Shown piece by piece: positions 27,401 to 37,518 of a DNA stretch of 64,000 nucleotides. The stretch lies in the sequence record NC_048673.1; one strand, given 5' to 3'. A model generated the notes under the pieces. That model did no database searches. It worked only from the letters and a program-made list of their open reading frames with translations, and had not been told where the DNA came from. The translations under genes were made by a program, and so were the position numbers. Every line of letters begins with the position of its first letter. The stretch's first letter is position 1.

Positions 27401-27888
27401 TTATGGTTAACGGGGGTATTTCTATGAAACACATAGAGACTATCGTCGATATAAATAAATCATATCGGTGGGATTCTGGTTTACCTAGCCTAACCCCTAA
27501 ATATAGAACAGTACCAGACCCCAATGGTTCGTTTACAGATCCAGTACCTCTATTCGACCCGATAACTGGGGAATTAATGGAAGTGGAACAACCACAAACG
27601 CCATTTGATGTGTCTGAGTGGAATAACGCAATTGATACAAGTACTGGTAATGTATTTGAGGTCAGGAATTATGACCAAGATGAACAGAACTGGACTGTTG
27701 ACGGTGTTGTTTATACCCCATCGGCACGTAGGCTTGATGGTAGTCCCCTGTTTAGCGATTTCAGTAGTAGGTATTCTGACCTTAAACGGTTGTCAGAAAA
27801 ACGGCTTAAGGATGATATAGGCAATCCTCGTGATGTAAGTAAACTCCTTGTGCCAGTACCGCCTACCCAAGTTAAGGTAGAACAATAA
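24417..27888 (+). CDS. 7: baseplate wedge initiator gp7 (split by a frameshift at the N at 25155)
   Basis: The two ORFs 24417-25181 and 25135-27888 together give gp7 (MIKAPTITSLR..., SKGTLDSYKFLFK, HPVGFGF). Confidence 0.9.
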
Positions 27889-28871
27889 TGTCAGTGATTT
27901 ATAGAGCAATGGTTACTAGCGACTTTCGGGTCGCTAACCTTTTAAACTTTTATTCTCTTATCGGAGATGGTAATACACAAAATACCCTCTATGCATATTT
28001 CGGGAGAAGTGAAGCATGGGCTGATAATGAATCAGACCCAAAATTTGCACCACCATATCCCGATGATACGTCAGAGGGGTATTCTGATGTTTGGTCTAGA
28101 ATGCTGGGAGCTGTTAAGATCCAAAAAGAGCTTATTCGTCCAGTAGTGCCCCGTAAGGATTGGGGGGACCAGAGATATGCAGACCCATACACTTTCCATA
28201 TCGGTGACATTGTAGTTACCAACTCAGCCCCGTATAATACAACTGAAATTGGATCTGGATGGATGGTATATCGTTGCGTTGATGTACCATCAGATGGTAT
28301 GTGTTCAATTCAAACCATCAAAGACAAGGATGAGTGTTTGAAAGTTGGTGGTAAATGGACTCCATCAATATTCAGCATACTCCCGATAGGACGTTCTGAT
28401 GGTGTAAACATGCAAGATGGTTATATATGGGAATACCTATACACAATACCAACCGACGTTGCGATAAACGATTGTTCAAATGAATATATCGTAGTACCAA
28501 CTCCAGATGAACTAAAAACATCTCCTGATGTATGGGGATACCAACACGTTATAACTTGGTATCCAAATGATTATAACCTAATTGGTAGAATAAAATGTAA
28601 TACACTTAGGTTTAGATCATATTTTGATAGTTATAATTTCCCCGCATCAAGCAAAATCGGTAACACTGGTTTTCGGCAGATGGGGATTATAAATAATCCA
28701 CTTTTGGTTAAAAATACACCAGCAGATCCGGATGTAAAAGCAACTGCACTCAGTTATGATCCATCTCAGTTAGAAAGACATAGTGGGAATATTATCTATA
28801 TGGATAATAGACAACCTGTAATTCGTTCTAGAGATCAAACGGAAGAATTTAACGTGGTGTTTAGTTTCTGA
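27888..28871 (+). CDS. 8: baseplate wedge gp8
   Basis: IYRAMVTSDFR, PRKDWGD, WEYLYTIP, GFRQ. Confidence 0.95.
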   Translation: MSVIYRAMVTSDFRVANLLNFYSLIGDGNTQNTLYAYFGRSEAWADNESDPKFAPPYPDDTSEGYSDVWSRMLGAVKIQKELIRPVVPRKDWGDQRYADPYTFHIGDIVVTNSAPYNTTEIGSGWMVYRCVDVPSDGMCSIQTIKDKDECLKVGGKWTPSIFSILPIGRSDGVNMQDGYIWEYLYTIPTDVAINDCSNEYIVVPTPDELKTSPDVWGYQHVITWYPNDYNLIGRIKCNTLRFRSYFDSYNFPASSKIGNTGFRQMGIINNPLLVKNTPADPDVKATALSYDPSQLERHSGNIIYMDNRQPVIRSRDQTEEFNVVFSF

Positions 28872-28917
28872 AAAAACCCGACCATAAAAGGTCGGGTTTT
28901 TTATTTTCTCCTAAATA
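28872..28917 (+). terminator. terminator followed by a late promoter
   Basis: AAAACCCGACC-ATAAAA-GGTCGGGTTTTTT, then CTAAATA at 28911. Confidence 0.8.
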
Positions 28918-28953
28918 CAAGGGTGAACCCTATAAAATAAAGGATATAAAATA

Positions 28954-29880
28954 ATGTCTGTACAAAAGCCTAAAGAGCTAGTTGATACTGGCGTCCGTGG
29001 TCAAGAAGGAACCGGTGATACCCTTCATGACGGCGGCTTAAAATTAAACCAAGATATAAACAGTATTTGGAACGTGTTCGGGGACTACAGAATTGGTAAG
29101 ACTTCTGGTTTTGGTAATCGCGTTCAGACCCTCCATGGTACTGGATATTATCAAAAACACACTCGGGCATACTATGCAGGGGCAGAACAGCCGTCTGGCA
29201 ACCCAGTAGAATTTGGTTCTATGCACGACCTATCTGTTATCAGAGACGGTACAGGAGACCTTACTATAACTCTCCCTCAAGGTAGTGGTCATGGTGGGGA
29301 ATGTATAGAATTCGTCAATACAGACGGTTCTGTGGGGTTTGGTGCGGGTAAAGAAGTGATTATTCGGACTAGTGGTTCTGGTGATACCATCGGGGCTAGT
29401 GGGAATAGATTGGTTGTAAACCGTTCCAATTTCAAATTAACCATATGGGTAGCAGAAGCAAGTCCAGCAGGTTCGAAATGGAATTATAAGCTTGAATCGA
29501 TTTATGGCGACTCTGCAACTTCATATAGCGCCACTATTACTGGGATCGCAGTTGGTGCTGACCGAAACGTGGTTTTGTTTAGTAAGCCACAATTCAACGC
29601 GGTTAAACACATGATCTTTGTTACTCAACGTGGTGTTGGTGCCCTCCAAGAATCATGCGAAACTTTACTGATGGTAAATAATACCAGTACCGCAGATACC
29701 AAAGTTTATTCTACTGAATACGCTAGACTGCGAACCAAAACACCAGATAAAGCGGAAGAAAACCTTTTATTTGAAGCTTCTTATAGCATCACAGGTAATT
29801 CTGTTTTACTGACCATAAAAAACATTAGTCAGTCAACGATAGACGTATATATAAAATCTATCGATGCAATTGGGGCATAA
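28954..29880 (+). CDS. 9: long tail fiber connector gp9
   Basis: QKPKELVDTG...TGDTLHDGGLKLN, HGTGYYQK. Confidence 0.92.
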   Translation: MSVQKPKELVDTGVRGQEGTGDTLHDGGLKLNQDINSIWNVFGDYRIGKTSGFGNRVQTLHGTGYYQKHTRAYYAGAEQPSGNPVEFGSMHDLSVIRDGTGDLTITLPQGSGHGGECIEFVNTDGSVGFGAGKEVIIRTSGSGDTIGASGNRLVVNRSNFKLTIWVAEASPAGSKWNYKLESIYGDSATSYSATITGIAVGADRNVVLFSKPQFNAVKHMIFVTQRGVGALQESCETLLMVNNTSTADTKVYSTEYARLRTKTPDKAEENLLFEASYSITGNSVLLTIKNISQSTIDVYIKSIDAIGA

Positions 29881-29882
29881 AA

Positions 29883-32021
29883 ATGAAACAGCAAATTATT
29901 ATTGGTAATCGTGTTGATGACGGAACCGGTGATTACCTTAGAAAAGGTGGTCAGAAGACAAACGACAACTTTAATGAACTTTACTACAACTTGGGGGATG
30001 GTAACATTCCTCATGCTGCTGGTGCATGGAAACCATATAGCGACCACACAAAAACTCTATCGGCTATTATGGGTCAGGCGTGGGTAATTAATACAACAAC
30101 CGGTCGTATTACTGTCAATCTTCCGAGTGGAACACCAGCCGACTATGGTAAGGTTATTCGTGTTCGTGATGTAATGGGAACTTGGGGAGGAAACCCTGTA
30201 ATTCTGGTTCCCGGTGGATTTAATACCATCAAAGGGTCTTCTGGTACACACCGATTAGAAAACAACTTCATGGACGTTGAGCTTGTATATTGCTCTCCCG
30301 GCAACTGGGATTATGTACCAAGTAAATATGTTGGTGAAATTAGATCCAACGACATAGCAACCGTTGCCAAAAAAGAATTTATTGCCACCGAAGGTCAAAC
30401 CGATTTTCAAAATATATTCTCGTCTGGTTATAACAGAAACTCGATTAACGTATATAAGCGCGGTAATATTCTTTATTACGGTCAGGAATACGGTCCCGAA
30501 TCAAACTATGGGTCTATTGTTCAAAAGACTGTTGCAGACCCAGCCAAGATTGATATTAACCCGGTACAAATCGATAGCGATAGATGGGGTACTATTGTTG
30601 GTAAGGGAACTAGGTTTGGAACAGTTGAAGGGAATACTATAGTATCCTTTTATTCCAAAGAGTCGGATAAAAAGACATACATAAAATTTGACCTTAATAA
30701 GAAACCACTTAACGAAGACCGTTTGGTTTGTGTTTATAACGATAAAACATACCTAATGAAATTCGATAAGCTGACCAGCGAATATGTTTCTGTGAATGAA
30801 ACCCCTGACATTCTAGCTCAAATGAAAATAGCGTCAAAATTTTCATATTATGTTGGTGTTAGCAAAATAACAGACCTTGATGGATATACCATTAAGCTAG
30901 AAAAGCCGTGCGAAGCTGGTGATGTTGTTGTTATCGAAACTTTCTTAGACGGTTTGGCTACATATAGAAGTTCTTACGAAACTGCGACTATTCGGGTTTA
31001 TTCCGACCAATATGTTCCTGTAGATTATGTTTCTGAAACAGGGCGTCGGTTTGTTGGGGATCTGTCTGCTAAATTTAGATTTAACCTTTCCGAATTTGGC
31101 TTCCAACCAAGTGAGACTTTTAACCCAAAAACTCTAGAGATGATTGTCAACGGTCGTCAATTGGTTAAATCTGGACAGGGTGATATACCGTTTTTTACTT
31201 GTGAGGGTGCGGATAGCTTAACTCAAGAATCTTGTATTGCTAATGGTGGTGTTTGGGTTCCTACTGGTGTTGATTTTGGACCTATCGAAGATGAGAACGG
31301 TTATATGCGTGATATTGTGGTGAACGAACCGTTCAACCATGAAGACGTTATTACGATTCGTTGGTTTAATAATGATATTGGTTCGTTGCTTGAACTTGAC
31401 GATATTATCAAAGAGACAGACAAAAAGTATATCAATACTGTTCCTGTTACTTTGACCGGGAAAATTAGATATTCTGATCCTTTCAATCCAACCCCAAAGA
31501 CAGTACAACCAGATCCTAACGATTTGATCAACGTTCCTGCAAACTCTATTGCAATGCTGTTTGATATGTTTTATCCAGTTGGTACTATCTACGAAAACGC
31601 ACATAACCCGAACAACCCAGCAACCTATATGGGGATTGGTACTTGGGTTCGTTGGGCAGAGGGTAAGGTTGTTGCTGGGTGGAATAGTCAGAATCCAAAC
31701 GATCCGATATACGGTCTGAATAACCAAGATTTGGATATTAACGGACAACCAAGACACAGTGCTGGTAGTATTTTTGGTGAAAACGACGTAACCCTTGCGG
31801 TTGACAATACCCCCGGAACAAAAAGTACGGAAAAGGCGCTTATTGCAGATCCGAATGGTGATGTTCTTGTTGGTGGGTGTCAATACGACCCAGACGAGAG
31901 TGGTCCGGGTTATAAGAAATACAGAGAGGATTATGTCTATACCAGACCAAACGAAACAGTAAACCCGTTCTCTGTGATCCAACCTACAACCACCGCCCAT
32001 AGATGGCTAAGGGTAGAATAA
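29883..32021 (+). CDS. 10: baseplate wedge / tail pin gp10
   Basis: GNRVDDGTGDYLRKGGQKTN, YPVGTIYEN, QPTTTAHRWLR. Confidence 0.95.
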   Translation: MKQQIIIGNRVDDGTGDYLRKGGQKTNDNFNELYYNLGDGNIPHAAGAWKPYSDHTKTLSAIMGQAWVINTTTGRITVNLPSGTPADYGKVIRVRDVMGTWGGNPVILVPGGFNTIKGSSGTHRLENNFMDVELVYCSPGNWDYVPSKYVGEIRSNDIATVAKKEFIATEGQTDFQNIFSSGYNRNSINVYKRGNILYYGQEYGPESNYGSIVQKTVADPAKIDINPVQIDSDRWGTIVGKGTRFGTVEGNTIVSFYSKESDKKTYIKFDLNKKPLNEDRLVCVYNDKTYLMKFDKLTSEYVSVNETPDILAQMKIASKFSYYVGVSKITDLDGYTIKLEKPCEAGDVVVIETFLDGLATYRSSYETATIRVYSDQYVPVDYVSETGRRFVGDLSAKFRFNLSEFGFQPSETFNPKTLEMIVNGRQLVKSGQGDIPFFTCEGADSLTQESCIANGGVWVPTGVDFGPIEDENGYMRDIVVNEPFNHEDVITIRWFNNDIGSLLELDDIIKETDKKYINTVPVTLTGKIRYSDPFNPTPKTVQPDPNDLINVPANSIAMLFDMFYPVGTIYENAHNPNNPATYMGIGTWVRWAEGKVVAGWNSQNPNDPIYGLNNQDLDINGQPRHSAGSIFGENDVTLAVDNTPGTKSTEKALIADPNGDVLVGGCQYDPDESGPGYKKYREDYVYTRPNETVNPFSVIQPTTTAHRWLRVE

Positions 32022-32992
32022 TGATAAGTATTTTTCAACAACCAAGAAGCCTAACATATTATGCTGGTAGTTCATACCAGCTTTCTATTTTAGCAAGTAC
32101 AAACAACGTAGATGCAGAACTTAGATATTCTTGGGAATCTTCCGTAGATAGCAATGCTTGGACTGCCGTTGTTGATGCTAGTGCGGCAACTGATAATCTA
32201 AGAGTTCTTCCATCAAACGCATCATATAATCATGGTTATTTCAGATGTCGTGTTAAAGAAGTCAATTCCACATCAGGCGCGGAACTAAGTTCTTTGGATT
32301 CGTCTGTTGTAACCGTGACTATGTTTGACGGTAGAACAAACACAGATATGACTAGAAGTCGAATGGCTTCTATGATCAAGAGTAGAAAAGCATCAGATCA
32401 CGAATTTAATGGAGACCCGACATTAGAGACGTTATCTGTTGTTGGTGGTATCGGTAACCTAACAATCCAAGATGCCAGAAGTCATAACAAGTTCAAGACA
32501 GTTGAAAACGCAATTTCCGATGCTGCATATGTGGGAAGACTTAATAAAGGTTCTGTTATTATAAATATAGATAATACGGACCCCGGCGGAAAACCACAAA
32601 TCGATACATTAACCTTTTCTGGTGCTATTTCCTCTCCAATTTCTGGTATGCCTGTTGTTCTTGATGTATTTGGTACTCGAATTGAAGTTGCAGATGGTGT
32701 AAGTCCGACATTTGTTAGAGATAAAGTATTCGATTTACTTAAACAATTTGAAGTGGATGGTTTATATGTGAGGGATGTTACTAAACTTTCTAGTGATTCT
32801 ATAAACTTCACATATAGAGACCTTCGTGATCACACACCAGAACCATGGTCAGAATATGGGATGACCATCGATTGGGTTGTTGGATCTCCTGCATCTTATG
32901 GTTACGGATATTGGGAAATGTTTTTCAAAGAAGATAAAGTTGCAATTGATACCACGGTAACAACACTTTATTACTGGAAAAGGATTGGTTAA
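32021..32992 (+). CDS. 11: baseplate wedge gp11 with an N-terminal Ig-like extension
   Basis: C-terminal part (SRKAS..., YGYWE, LYYWKRIG) is gp11-like; ATG overlaps the gp10 stop. Confidence 0.85.
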   Translation: MISIFQQPRSLTYYAGSSYQLSILASTNNVDAELRYSWESSVDSNAWTAVVDASAATDNLRVLPSNASYNHGYFRCRVKEVNSTSGAELSSLDSSVVTVTMFDGRTNTDMTRSRMASMIKSRKASDHEFNGDPTLETLSVVGGIGNLTIQDARSHNKFKTVENAISDAAYVGRLNKGSVIINIDNTDPGGKPQIDTLTFSGAISSPISGMPVVLDVFGTRIEVADGVSPTFVRDKVFDLLKQFEVDGLYVRDVTKLSSDSINFTYRDLRDHTPEPWSEYGMTIDWVVGSPASYGYGYWEMFFKEDKVAIDTTVTTLYYWKRIG

Positions 32993-32994
32993 AA

Positions 32995-34347
32995 ATGATT
33001 AATAATACAGAACAACATATTAGTTCTAAAGCTGTTGATGTGGTGCTAGATCCTAGCACCACTAATTTCCCAGCAACAACTAATGATGTACAAAAAATGG
33101 CTGAACTCATACAACCCCATGCAATTGGAAGGTATGAGGATATGAAAGCGACCGAAACAAAAATGGGTATTCTCAGGATTGCGACGGAAGCGGAAGTATT
33201 GGCAGGAACCGTGGCTGATGCAATCGTTACTCCCAAGACCCTACAAGCCAAATGGGTGCGCCCAGATGCATCAGAAACGGTTAAGGGTCTAGTTAGGTAC
33301 GCTACCAGCGCGGAACGTCTAGAAACAGCAGCAAGCGCATCTATAGGCATTAATACGGCTGGTATATGGGATATCATCAGAACAAAAGCAATTGGTTCTA
33401 CCACAAAAGCCGGTACGTTGAAATTATCGACGATTACCATTGGACAACAAGGGACTGATTCAACTACTGCAACAAGTCCTGATGTTGTTAAGGCAATGAT
33501 AGATAAGTTCGCAGTTACTGCAAATTCCGGTGCAACTGAATTGACCTCTGGGATAGTTAAGATTTCCCCATCCCCAGTAATTAATGCGGCTTTACATAAC
33601 GGTGTAGCAGTTAGCCCGAAAGGTTTTATTGAGACTCGCGCAACTCAATCAAGAGTTGGTACAGTAAAAATGGCAACTCAAGCCGAGTCTAATGCCCGTA
33701 CTGCAACTGACGTAGCCATTAGCCCTGCAACTCTTCCGATTGCATCGTCTTCCCAGTGGGGTATTGTTGCATTGACAGACGTCGCTGTACAAGGGGCAAC
33801 GAATAAAGCGTTGAGTTCCCATGGAGCAACAACCCTTGTTGCAAAAACTGGGGGAACAATGACCGGTGCGCTGATCACTCCAAATATATATCTTACAAAT
33901 CCCCAAGATGGTTCACCAAATGCGGTTGTGAGATATGATTGGGCTGTTAGTGCATTTGATGATAAACAAAATCAAATAAATGGCAAGGTTAACCGTGGAA
34001 GCGCAGTAACTCTTAATAGAACCGACAAACAATTGATTTTTAATGCTGCTCCATACGGAGGGCATAAAAGTGGTGACTTTAATATGTCACAGCCGTGGTG
34101 GAATTATGATGGGTTAATAGTTGTATCCTCTGGGGATGATGGTAGACACATGAAGTCGAATTATATATCGAAGGCACAGATCTCTATCCTTCAAGATAAT
34201 TTCGCTAACGCTTGGTGGATTGCAGACACTGATTCTACTTGGTGGATTGGTAGGTTTAACGCCAATGGTACTTATTTCCATACCACAGGTGACAACTGTA
34301 TTATATGGCATGTTTGGGGTGTTAATGACATATACCAAACAACCTAA
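32995..34347 (+). CDS. 12: short tail fiber gp12
   Basis: NNTEQHISSKA and repeated ATET..G..R.AT..E units. Confidence 0.9.
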   Translation: MINNTEQHISSKAVDVVLDPSTTNFPATTNDVQKMAELIQPHAIGRYEDMKATETKMGILRIATEAEVLAGTVADAIVTPKTLQAKWVRPDASETVKGLVRYATSAERLETAASASIGINTAGIWDIIRTKAIGSTTKAGTLKLSTITIGQQGTDSTTATSPDVVKAMIDKFAVTANSGATELTSGIVKISPSPVINAALHNGVAVSPKGFIETRATQSRVGTVKMATQAESNARTATDVAISPATLPIASSSQWGIVALTDVAVQGATNKALSSHGATTLVAKTGGTMTGALITPNIYLTNPQDGSPNAVVRYDWAVSAFDDKQNQINGKVNRGSAVTLNRTDKQLIFNAAPYGGHKSGDFNMSQPWWNYDGLIVVSSGDDGRHMKSNYISKAQISILQDNFANAWWIADTDSTWWIGRFNANGTYFHTTGDNCIIWHVWGVNDIYQTT

Positions 34348-34381
34348 ATACTAATATATAAAACGAATGGGGTAAAAACTA

Positions 34382-37300
34382 ATGGAAATTATTAAACCTG
34401 TATTGGATGACCTGAAATATACTTCTGATATGCCTGTTGCTGGTTCTGGTCAAAAACAGGTTGAATGGATTAAAAATGGTGAGCAACCACAAGGTGCAGA
34501 TCCTTATATTGTTGGTGATAAAGGGGGCGTTTTAAACCGCCCCTCTACTCAAATTTCTGCCAACGTAGAGACATTGGATAAAAACCAAGAAAAAATCCTT
34601 TCTAAAATGTCGGAAGTTATCGACAAGGTGAATATTCATGATGATATAATTAATGCTGGTGACGGACGAGATTTATATCAACGAGTTGGCGATTTGGAAA
34701 CCGAAATGGATGTCCATAGTGGGATCCTTGAAGATATCAAAGAAACCGACGTAATCCTCGACGCAAAAATCCAGTCAATTTCCGATAATATCGGAGTTGG
34801 TGATCCATCTCTTAGATTCCGAACTCTCCGAGCGGATGACCTTCATATCAAAAAAATGTTGGGTAATTATAAAGATTTTGATATTGATGGTGTTCCATCA
34901 CCCGGTTCACTTTCTTCCGGGGTAAAAGGTCAAATCGAGCGTAACTATAACACAGGTGTTAATCTTGATGTTCGTGTTACTTCTCTCGAAAAATGGTGGG
35001 AAGACTCCACACCTGCATCTTTGAGGGAAGAAGTTAACCAGATTAGAACCGAACTCGGACAAGACCCGGATCCGACTAGGAACATTTATTCTCGTATCGG
35101 CGATTTAGAAATGGCTGATGAAACAAATTCACCTTTGGTTCAAGAGCTTGTAGAACACACTGGATATGGTGAATTTCCTCTTCAATACCTTGATGTACAA
35201 ACAGATTCTTATCAAACAGTAGATAATCTATACGATTACTCTCTACATGTCAAGAAAGACGTGGATTATATTAGTGGTATTGCCAAACAAACCGAAGGTC
35301 TGTCCGATGACTTGGCTCGTTCACTTGGTTCGGCTAGTGATTCCACACTGGATACCACCGCTTGGGGTAGAATTAATGATCTTCGTGTCCGTATGGAGAA
35401 TAACGAAGGTATTCTAGGATCTAGTCCTCTAGATGGATTGCAGGGAAAAGTTAAAGAAGTAGACCAGAGAGAGAAAGAACATTTCGAAGATCTTGATGGT
35501 CGTGTTTCGAGTATATCAACTACTGTTAACGTCGAATATAGAACTTCTATTGAGGATCTACAAAATACCGTAGGTAATCCAAACACAGGTTTGGTTATCA
35601 AGGTAGAAGGGACAAAAAACGTCGCTGACGACGATTACCGTAGAATTGGTTCATATCAAGCATCGAAAGATATGTATGAACAGATGTACCGTGATTATAA
35701 GAATGGTGCTGGATATATCCCTAACCCAACAGAAACTCGGCTTGGTGCTGTATGGTCGCGAGAATATGATGGTGCTAACTGGGTATGGCGAGATTTGTTT
35801 ACCACTAACTTTGTGGTTGGTGATAACAATAAGATTACCGCCATCGACGGAACCACACTTGTTTCTTATTCTACTGGTTCTGATGGGAAATATATCCCGA
35901 CCTTTGGTCATAACGGAACAACCAAACTCCGTATAGTCGGCGACATTATCGGAAATATTTCTCTTGATACAACCTCTGATATCAGAAAATATGGGAAAAC
36001 TATTCTTGGCTCTACCGATCAAACTATAAAAGTTGGTCAGAGTGATAAGAATATAGTTATGGTTGGTAAGGATATCGATTCTTTCAAGTATAACACACCA
36101 ACCGGTGAATTTGATGTTCTGCATATTGGGAACTACAAAAAATATATCACCGACGTTAACCCAGAGAATGGATTTACCCTAAACCAGAATGCGGTAATTG
36201 GTTATGCAGGCGCAGATGTTATTAAATTAGATAACACTACAATAAATATTGGTTCTGCTAATACAAACCTCGCATTTAAGGGAAATGTCGGCGAATTGAT
36301 TATGGACCAAGACAAAGCGTTTAAGATGAATGTTGGTATGGGTAAACATCTAAACGTGGTCAATAACTTTGGTGGAATATTGACATACGGTGATATTGAA
36401 ACTACTAACGTATTTGCAACGGACCTTTATATTCAAGGTACTGGGGTTGATCGGTTTAAGGTTTGGCACCAAGGTATGGATGCACCCGCAGATGGTAGTT
36501 TTTACGCTCGTAAAAACAACCAATGGATGGTCGTTGAACAGGGTGGTTCTGGTACTGGTATTATTGGTGATGCACCACAGTCCGGATTGGCATACGCTCG
36601 GGTAAATGACGATGGTGTTGGTTTCTGGCAAGCCGTAGGCGAAAGAAATATAACCCTAGCAGAAAACGTATCTATAATGGCAAAAACCAATAGTGGTACG
36701 ATTACTGCATTTACCGTTGATTCTGCAACCGTAACAACTCGAATTGGTGGAACTACAGGGAAAATAAACCTTCGTGGTACTGTATCCGATTTCAAATTAG
36801 AAAGTAAAATTTCTACATCTTATGGTTCTCTTTTAGAAAGTACCCAAACCAAAATAGTGATCGGCGACACAACCACACCAGTGAATGTATATTCTACTGG
36901 GAATCTGTTTGTTGGTGTTGGTTCTGATGCTAAGAAAGTTTGGACCGACGCACATGACGCACCAAACAACGCGAATTTCTACGCTCGTAAGGGTGGGCAA
37001 TGGACTCTAATCCATGACGGTATAGACCCAACCAAGGATGTTTCTGTTGGTGAAACCAGCGATTTCATCATTGGTGGATATAACGTAGCCAAGGTGGATA
37101 CAGTTGGTGTCGATAAGCTAATGGTTATTGGTGATAGTAGAACGTTCATGAAGTTTGACGGTAAGGTAACTAACCTCAAGCTTGCAGAAGTAGGTGCCAA
37201 TAATAGTTTCGGTATTACCACACAGGTAAATAATGTCGATAAGAACATAATTAGTATATCGCAACCTTCTACAGAAAAGTTTATCGCAATTGGTGACACC

Positions 37301-37507
37301 GATCTACCGGTTCGTATTACCGCATCTGAGGTAACAATCAATAACGATAAAGTCCTCACAAAGGATAGTTTCGAAGCACCAGCAGACGGAAACAAGTACG
37401 TAAGACAAGATGGTCAGTGGACAAGAGCGTATTACTACGGTGATTTTGCTACAGACGCACCGACCAGTCCTAAAGAAGGTGATGTGTTCTTCGAATTCAT
37501 CAACTAA
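34382..37507 (+). CDS. wac: fibritin (neck whisker), extended
   Basis: N-terminal IEWIKNGE...GVLNRP-type motif, segmented coiled coil, five foldon-like motifs; late promoter at 34344. Confidence 0.88.
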   Translation: MEIIKPVLDDLKYTSDMPVAGSGQKQVEWIKNGEQPQGADPYIVGDKGGVLNRPSTQISANVETLDKNQEKILSKMSEVIDKVNIHDDIINAGDGRDLYQRVGDLETEMDVHSGILEDIKETDVILDAKIQSISDNIGVGDPSLRFRTLRADDLHIKKMLGNYKDFDIDGVPSPGSLSSGVKGQIERNYNTGVNLDVRVTSLEKWWEDSTPASLREEVNQIRTELGQDPDPTRNIYSRIGDLEMADETNSPLVQELVEHTGYGEFPLQYLDVQTDSYQTVDNLYDYSLHVKKDVDYISGIAKQTEGLSDDLARSLGSASDSTLDTTAWGRINDLRVRMENNEGILGSSPLDGLQGKVKEVDQREKEHFEDLDGRVSSISTTVNVEYRTSIEDLQNTVGNPNTGLVIKVEGTKNVADDDYRRIGSYQASKDMYEQMYRDYKNGAGYIPNPTETRLGAVWSREYDGANWVWRDLFTTNFVVGDNNKITAIDGTTLVSYSTGSDGKYIPTFGHNGTTKLRIVGDIIGNISLDTTSDIRKYGKTILGSTDQTIKVGQSDKNIVMVGKDIDSFKYNTPTGEFDVLHIGNYKKYITDVNPENGFTLNQNAVIGYAGADVIKLDNTTINIGSANTNLAFKGNVGELIMDQDKAFKMNVGMGKHLNVVNNFGGILTYGDIETTNVFATDLYIQGTGVDRFKVWHQGMDAPADGSFYARKNNQWMVVEQGGSGTGIIGDAPQSGLAYARVNDDGVGFWQAVGERNITLAENVSIMAKTNSGTITAFTVDSATVTTRIGGTTGKINLRGTVSDFKLESKISTSYGSLLESTQTKIVIGDTTTPVNVYSTGNLFVGVGSDAKKVWTDAHDAPNNANFYARKGGQWTLIHDGIDPTKDVSVGETSDFIIGGYNVAKVDTVGVDKLMVIGDSRTFMKFDGKVTNLKLAEVGANNSFGITTQVNNVDKNIISISQPSTEKFIAIGDTDLPVRITASEVTINNDKVLTKDSFEAPADGNKYVRQDGQWTRAYYYGDFATDAPTSPKEGDVFFEFIN

Positions 37508-37518
37508 AAGGGTTTACG

